Assembly (NCBI GenBank): GCA_040397175.1
Contig: JBBAWM010000001.1
Span: forward strand, 389,931 to 453,930
DNA length: 64,000 nt
Source of the DNA: Candidatus Limnocylindrus sp.
Lineage (GTDB): Bacteria > Chloroflexota > Limnocylindria > Limnocylindrales > Limnocylindraceae
Direction: 5' to 3'
Of the stretch, positions 59,386 to 64,000 are shown piece after piece (within the stretch, counting starts at the first letter, position 1; each line of letters opens with the position of its first letter). Both the position numbers and the translations under genes were made by a program. The notes under the pieces were generated by a model. The model saw nothing but the letters and a program-made list of their open reading frames with translations. It was not told where the DNA came from and did not search any database.

Positions 59386-60207
59386 ATGAGCAGCCGGCAG
59401 ATCACGATCATTGCGAATTGGAAGGCCAACCTTCCGCCAAGCGACGAGGTTGCGCTTGCAAAGGAGATCGCCGAAGGGGTGGGGAGCACACTGCGGGCCG
59501 CCCATAACCCCGCACGCCTTCGGGTCCTGCTTGCACCGAGCACGCTCGGCCTCGTCTCCGTCGCATCCCTACTGCGACGTGAGTACCCCCAGGCCGGCAT
59601 AGAGGTTGCCGCGCAAGACTCCTCACTCACGGGTTCGGGTGCATTCACCGGTGAGATCCCGGCCGATCATCTGGTTGGAATTGCCCCTGTCGTGATCGTG
59701 GGTCACTCCGAGCGCCGGCGCAACCATGGCGAAAGCGATGCCATCGTCGGCGGCAAGCTCGCTCGCGTGGTGGCGGCTGGGCTCGCCCCGGTGCTGTGCG
59801 TTGGCGATGACCTCGCTGGGGCAGAGATCGGTGCACGCGTCGCCTATGTGCAGGCCCAATGTGCGGCCGCCCTTACTGCCGCGGAACGCGCCGGGTGTAG
59901 CACGGCACAACTCTTCGCCGCGGGGATCGTGATCGCCTATGAGCCTGTCTGGGCGATCGGCACGGGAAACCCAGCGTCGGTGGAGATTGCCGAGGCGATC
60001 GCTCACGGCCTCCGGAGCGCGCTGCAGCGTGACGAGCTCCCCGTCCTCTACGGAGGCTCCGTCGACGCCGCTTCAGCAGCGGCATGGTTCGGTGCTCCGA
60101 CACGGCGCACGAGCATCGATGGCCTCCTCGTCGGTGGCGCCTCGCTCCATGCTGATCGCTTCGTTGCCATCGTGCGCGCCGCGTTAGCGGTGACGAGGCC
60201 GGCATGA
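59386..60207 (+). CDS. tpiA: Triosephosphate isomerase
   Basis: IANWK, GAFTGE, VGHSERR, AYEPVWAIGTG, LYGGSV, GLLVGGASL. Confidence 0.96.
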   Translation: MSSRQITIIANWKANLPPSDEVALAKEIAEGVGSTLRAAHNPARLRVLLAPSTLGLVSVASLLRREYPQAGIEVAAQDSSLTGSGAFTGEIPADHLVGIAPVVIVGHSERRRNHGESDAIVGGKLARVVAAGLAPVLCVGDDLAGAEIGARVAYVQAQCAAALTAAERAGCSTAQLFAAGIVIAYEPVWAIGTGNPASVEIAEAIAHGLRSALQRDELPVLYGGSVDAASAAAWFGAPTRRTSIDGLLVGGASLHADRFVAIVRAALAVTRPA

Positions 60208-61748
60208 TTTCGACCACACCCCCTCGCCTTGCCCTCATCATCGTTGACGGATTTGGCATCGGCGATGGTGGCCCGTGCGATGCGATCACTGCCGCATCTA
60301 TGCCGAATTGGCGAGCGCTCTGTGTGCAGCACCCCCATACGACGCTGGGGGCGAGTGGCGAAGCGGTCGGACTCCCACCCGGCCAAATGGGGAATAGCGA
60401 GGTTGGTCACCTCAACATCGGGAGCGGCCAGCGCGTGCCGCAAGATCTTCCCCGCATTGATGCGGCGATAGCCGATGGCTCGTTCGCGCAGATGACCGGC
60501 CTGCGTAACGCGCTACGCGCAGCCAAGGAGAGTGGCCTCCACCTGATCACGCTGCTCGGAGGCGGCGGTGTGCATGCGAACGATCGCCATGCGATTGAGG
60601 TGCTGCGTGTCGCGCAGGAGTCTGGCGTCTCGCGGATTCTGGTCCACCTTCTACTCGACGGTCGTGATACGCCGCCTCGCTCAGCCGCGGTAGCGCTCGA
60701 CTCGTTCCAGCGGCGCATGCGCGACGCAGCGCCATCTGCGCAGATCGCTACGATTGGCGGGCGCTACTTCGGCATGGATCGCGATGACCGTTGGGAGCGC
60801 ACCGCCGCTGCCCTTGATGTGATCGTCCTCGATGGCGATCGTCAGGCACAGAGTCCAGAGGTCGCCCTCGAGGAGGCGTACGCGCGCGGAGAGAGCGATG
60901 AGTTTGTCCAACCAACGAGGGTGGCGCTGCACGATGCAGCGGGGCATCGATTCACGCCGACCGACGTGGTGATCCATGCAAACTTCCGAGCCGATCGTGC
61001 GCGACAGCTGGTTCGTGCGCTGGCGGCACCGGAGTTGCCCGAGCATTCACGCCCAGCCGCACTCCCGGTGCGCTGCTGGGGGATGACCTCATACGGCGAG
61101 GGAGGCGGTCTGTCACTCGTACAGCCGATCTTTGGGCCCGCTGTTGTGCCATCACTCACTGGGCTCGCCGCAGCCGCCGGCCTGCGACAACTGCACGTTG
61201 CAGAGACTGAGAAGTACGCACACGTGACGTACTTCTTCAATGGCGGGATCGAGGCGGCGTTTCCGGGAGAGCGGCGCAGGCTCATCCCCAGTGACCACGT
61301 CGCCACCTATGACCTGGCGCCAGAGATGCAGGTGGGGGCGATCGCGACGGCGGTCGTTGAGGCCATCGAGCAGGGCGACGAGGGGCTGATCGTTGCGAAT
61401 ATCGCCAACCCCGACATGGTCGGCCATACGGGCAACTTTGCCGCCACGGTGCGCGCGTGCGAAGCAACCGACCGCGCGATTGGCGCGATCGCCGCGGCGG
61501 CTGCCGCTGCGAATGTGACCCTCCTGATCACCGGCGACCATGGGAATGCCGAGGTGATGTGCGACGCTGATGGTGCGCCACTCACGAGTCATACCCTGCA
61601 GCGAGTGCCACTGCTCGTTGCGTATGGGGCGGGCGCTGGACGAGCGCTCGCAGAGGGGGATCTCCGGGATGTCGCCCCCACCGCCTGTGCACTGTTGGGC
61701 CTCCACCCTGACCCTGCGATGACGGGGGAGTCCCTCCTTCGCCCCTAG
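60204..61748 (+). CDS. gpmI: 2,3-bisphosphoglycerate-independent phosphoglycerate mutase
   Basis: IVDGFG, GQMGNSEVGH, DGRDTPP, NFRADRARQ, AETEKYAHVTYFFNGG, NPDMVGHTG, GDHGNAE. Confidence 0.98.
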   Translation: MISTTPPRLALIIVDGFGIGDGGPCDAITAASMPNWRALCVQHPHTTLGASGEAVGLPPGQMGNSEVGHLNIGSGQRVPQDLPRIDAAIADGSFAQMTGLRNALRAAKESGLHLITLLGGGGVHANDRHAIEVLRVAQESGVSRILVHLLLDGRDTPPRSAAVALDSFQRRMRDAAPSAQIATIGGRYFGMDRDDRWERTAAALDVIVLDGDRQAQSPEVALEEAYARGESDEFVQPTRVALHDAAGHRFTPTDVVIHANFRADRARQLVRALAAPELPEHSRPAALPVRCWGMTSYGEGGGLSLVQPIFGPAVVPSLTGLAAAAGLRQLHVAETEKYAHVTYFFNGGIEAAFPGERRRLIPSDHVATYDLAPEMQVGAIATAVVEAIEQGDEGLIVANIANPDMVGHTGNFAATVRACEATDRAIGAIAAAAAAANVTLLITGDHGNAEVMCDADGAPLTSHTLQRVPLLVAYGAGAGRALAEGDLRDVAPTACALLGLHPDPAMTGESLLRP

Positions 61749-61819
61749 CGGGCAGGCGCCCCTTCCGTGGGTCGGATGGTAGAGTGAGCGGACCAGTCAG
61801 TAGTCCAGTAGGAGGATCC

Positions 61820-62041
61820 ATGAATCCAGTACTCGCCCTCGGGCAGATCGTTGTCAGCATCTTCTTGATCATCGCGATCCTCATGCAGTCTCGAGGGATC
61901 GGCCTCAGCTCTGCCTTCGGTGGCGACTCCAGCGTATATCGCTCACGTCGAGGTGTTGAGCGGCAGCTGCTGCGCTTTACGATCGCGCTGATCATCCTCT
62001 TTGTCGGATTCTCGGTGCTCGGCTACCTCCAGACGAATTAA
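61820..62041 (+). CDS. secG: Preprotein translocase subunit SecG
   Basis: ILMQSRGIGLSSAFGG...YRSRRGVE; two TM helices; SD AGGAGG. Confidence 0.95.
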   Translation: MNPVLALGQIVVSIFLIIAILMQSRGIGLSSAFGGDSSVYRSRRGVERQLLRFTIALIILFVGFSVLGYLQTN

Positions 62042-62055
62042 GCCGGACCGCTCTG

Positions 62056-63717
62056 GTGCGCAGGCAAAACGGCGCCCGACAGGGGCTCACCCGTAAGATC
62101 GTTGCGGTGCTCTTTGCTGCCGCAGCGCTCTTTGCCGGAGCTGCCCAACTTGGGCTCATCAGTGCCCAGGCCCCCGGGGTGGGTGTTCCAGGCGGCGATT
62201 TGCCATCTGGTGAGGGGGTACTGGCCGTCGGCGTCGTTGGGATCGCCTCAACGCCCATTCCACTCTTCGCGGAGACCGCCGCTGACCGCGCCGTGGTGTC
62301 ACTGACGTATCGTGGTCTCACGCGCCTTGATGCCAGCGGATGGCCAGGGCCAGACCTTGCCTCTACCTGGAGCGTCGCCGCAGATGGGCTCTCATGGACG
62401 ATTACCTTGGACCCGGCCGCGCACTGGCAAGATGGCGCATCAGTTACCGCAGCCGATGTGCTGCTGACAATCTCCCTTGCCGCCGAACTTGGCACTGCAG
62501 GAGGGTACTGGCAGTCCATCACCGCGGAGGAGGGTGATGACCCCGGTACCGTGAAGCTGAGTGCGTCGCGAGCGCTGGCGAACCTGCCGACGATGCTCGG
62601 CTCACTCCCGCTTCTCTCTGCGACGCAGTTTGCCGGTCTGAGCGCCGCGCAGATTCGGAGTTCCGATGTGGCGAAGGTGCCGCAGGGGACTGGCCCTTAT
62701 CGCATCACGAGCATCTCCTCTGGGGGTGCTGGTCTGATTCGACGCACCGACCTCCTCGCCTCCGACCTCGTCGCCCTCGCTGCGGAGGGAACATCTGCCG
62801 AGAAGATCGCGCTCTACTTCTTTCCGGACGCCGCCTCAGCGCTCCGTGGCTGGAGCGCCAGCACGCTCGATCAGCTTGTCGGGCTCGATATTGCCGACGC
62901 GCGAAGCGGCACCGCGGCCCGGGGCAGCACGATTGAGCTTGGCTCCACGGTCTTTACGGGAATTGCGACAAACCTACGGCCCGGGAGCATCTTGCGCGAC
63001 CCCCGACTTCGGGCGGGTCTCGCAGCGCTTCTCGACCCAGTTGCAATCACGACCCAATTCGGGGGTTCGGTTGCACGAACGCCCGTCACGCCACTCTCGT
63101 GGGGGTGGAGCGCACTCCCTGATGCGAGCAGCGGCGTCGACTTCGCGACGAGCCAATTCAAGGCCGTTAAATGGAAGATGGGGGCCAGTGGATGGTCGCC
63201 CCCCGGTGGCCCAGTAGCGCGCCTGGAGATTCTGACCCTGCCGGCGCTGGCGCACCCCGTTGATGCCGCAATCGCGGCGCAGGCGGCGGCTGCATGGACC
63301 GCCTTCGGGATTCCGACACGAGTCACAGAACTCTCTCCGATCGATCTCACCAGCCGCCTTGCCTCAGGAACGTTCCAACTCGCCGTACTGAACGTTGATG
63401 TGGGCATCGATGTGGATCTCTACCCACTCTTAGGGTCTGGTGCCGTCCTGACTGGCGGCAATGTTGCTGGTATTCAGCTGAAAGATCTTGATCTCCTGCT
63501 CAATCGCGCCCGCCAGCCAGGTGATCGGGCGACACGCACCGCGACGTTGCTGGCACTGCAGAAATGGCTTGCGGCAACCAACTACCTCTTGCCGATCCGC
63601 TTCCGCGCGGTGGAACTCTTGACCGCAACCCGTGTAACGCAGGTGGGCCCAATGCTCGTGGGAGAGCCCGAGAGCTACCTACGGGCTGTGCTATCCTTCC
63701 GCCTCGCGACCCCCTAA
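62056..63717 (+). CDS. Peptide ABC substrate-binding protein (SBP family 5), N-terminally anchored
   Basis: YRGLTRLD...PDLASTW...WTITLDPAAHWQDGASVTAADVLLT, PQGTGPY; no lipobox Cys. Confidence 0.82.
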   Translation: MRRQNGARQGLTRKIVAVLFAAAALFAGAAQLGLISAQAPGVGVPGGDLPSGEGVLAVGVVGIASTPIPLFAETAADRAVVSLTYRGLTRLDASGWPGPDLASTWSVAADGLSWTITLDPAAHWQDGASVTAADVLLTISLAAELGTAGGYWQSITAEEGDDPGTVKLSASRALANLPTMLGSLPLLSATQFAGLSAAQIRSSDVAKVPQGTGPYRITSISSGGAGLIRRTDLLASDLVALAAEGTSAEKIALYFFPDAASALRGWSASTLDQLVGLDIADARSGTAARGSTIELGSTVFTGIATNLRPGSILRDPRLRAGLAALLDPVAITTQFGGSVARTPVTPLSWGWSALPDASSGVDFATSQFKAVKWKMGASGWSPPGGPVARLEILTLPALAHPVDAAIAAQAAAAWTAFGIPTRVTELSPIDLTSRLASGTFQLAVLNVDVGIDVDLYPLLGSGAVLTGGNVAGIQLKDLDLLLNRARQPGDRATRTATLLALQKWLAATNYLLPIRFRAVELLTATRVTQVGPMLVGEPESYLRAVLSFRLATP

Positions 63718-63730
63718 GCGATTAGGGGGT
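63709..63730 (+). other. Perfect 9-bp stem with GNRA loop before the tRNA cluster
   Basis: ACCCCCTAA-GCGA-TTAGGGGGT; TGcTATCCT -10 at 63689-63697 suggests it is the 5' leader of the tRNA precursor. Confidence 0.5.
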
Positions 63731-63738
63731 TCGAACGG

Positions 63739-63825
63739 GTCGAGGTGGCGGAATTGGCAGACGCGCTGGCTTCAGGAGCCAGTGTCCGCAAGGACGTATG
63801 GGTTCAAGTCCCTTCCTCGATACCA
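63739..63825 (+). tRNA. tRNA-Leu(CAG)
   Basis: GTCGAGG/CCTCGAT acceptor, CTGGC-TTCAGGA-GCCAG arm, variable arm GTCC-GCAA-GGAC, ACCA end. Confidence 0.95.
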
Positions 63826-63833
63826 GCACCTGT

Positions 63834-63918
63834 GCCCAGGTGGCGGAATTGGTATACGCGTACGTTTGAGGGGCGTATGACGCAAGTCATCCGGGTTCAA
63901 GTCCCGGTCTGGGCACCA
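63834..63918 (+). tRNA. tRNA-Leu(GAG)
   Basis: GCCCAGG/TCTGGGC acceptor, TACGT-TTGAGGG-GCGTA arm, variable arm, CCGGG-TTCAAGT-CCCGG, ACCA end. Confidence 0.96.
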
Positions 63919-63957
63919 CATCACTCCTGCTGACGGCCACGGGCCGCAGCCGCACCC

Positions 63958-64000
63958 GGGCGGTTAGCTCAGTTGGTAGAGCACCTCGTTTACACCGAGG
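63958..64000 (+). tRNA. tRNA-Val(TAC), 5' part (truncated by window)
   Basis: GGGCGGT-TA-GCTC-AGTTGGTA-GAGC-A-CCTCG-TTTACAC-CGAGG. Confidence 0.9.

Overview
A 64-kb, GC-rich, very gene-dense core-chromosome segment, mostly encoded on the + strand. The gene set is that of a monoderm bacterium (whiA, yvcK, rapZ, pcrA, CIRCE). My inference, not tested by any search, is a streamlined Chloroflexota such as Limnocylindria. It holds about 50 CDS: (ftsA tail)-ftsZ-yggS-yggT, acnA, NUDIX, a split glutaminase + nadE pair, rsmI, ssb, metG-tatD, CIRCE-groES-groEL-katG, pcrA-ligA-gatCA-aminotransferase-gatB, dnaE, menA, an ECF sigma/anti-sigma pair, polA-mutM-ABC-F-coaE-uvrB-uvrA-orf-uvrC, secDF-recJ, tatAC, and rapZ-yvcK-whiA-tpiA-gpmI-secG. 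It also holds six tRNAs (Val-CAC, Leu-TAA, Leu-CAA, Leu-CAG, Leu-GAG, partial Val-TAC). I found no CRISPR array, IS, integrase or prophage. Main leads: (1) a MetRS whose HIGH signature reads GLHT, with DEHG changed to DEYS; (2) a coupled minus-strand operon of CoA-binding protein, unknown enzyme-like protein and PfkB kinase; (3) a recurring TANNNT-N6/7-start pattern suggesting widespread leaderless mRNAs, including back-to-back promoters in 35-bp gaps; (4) an unknown small gene inside uvrBAC, plus motif-bearing tails on repair proteins; (5) a CIRCE-like core in front of katG. All calls come from motif reading by eye; no database searches were run.
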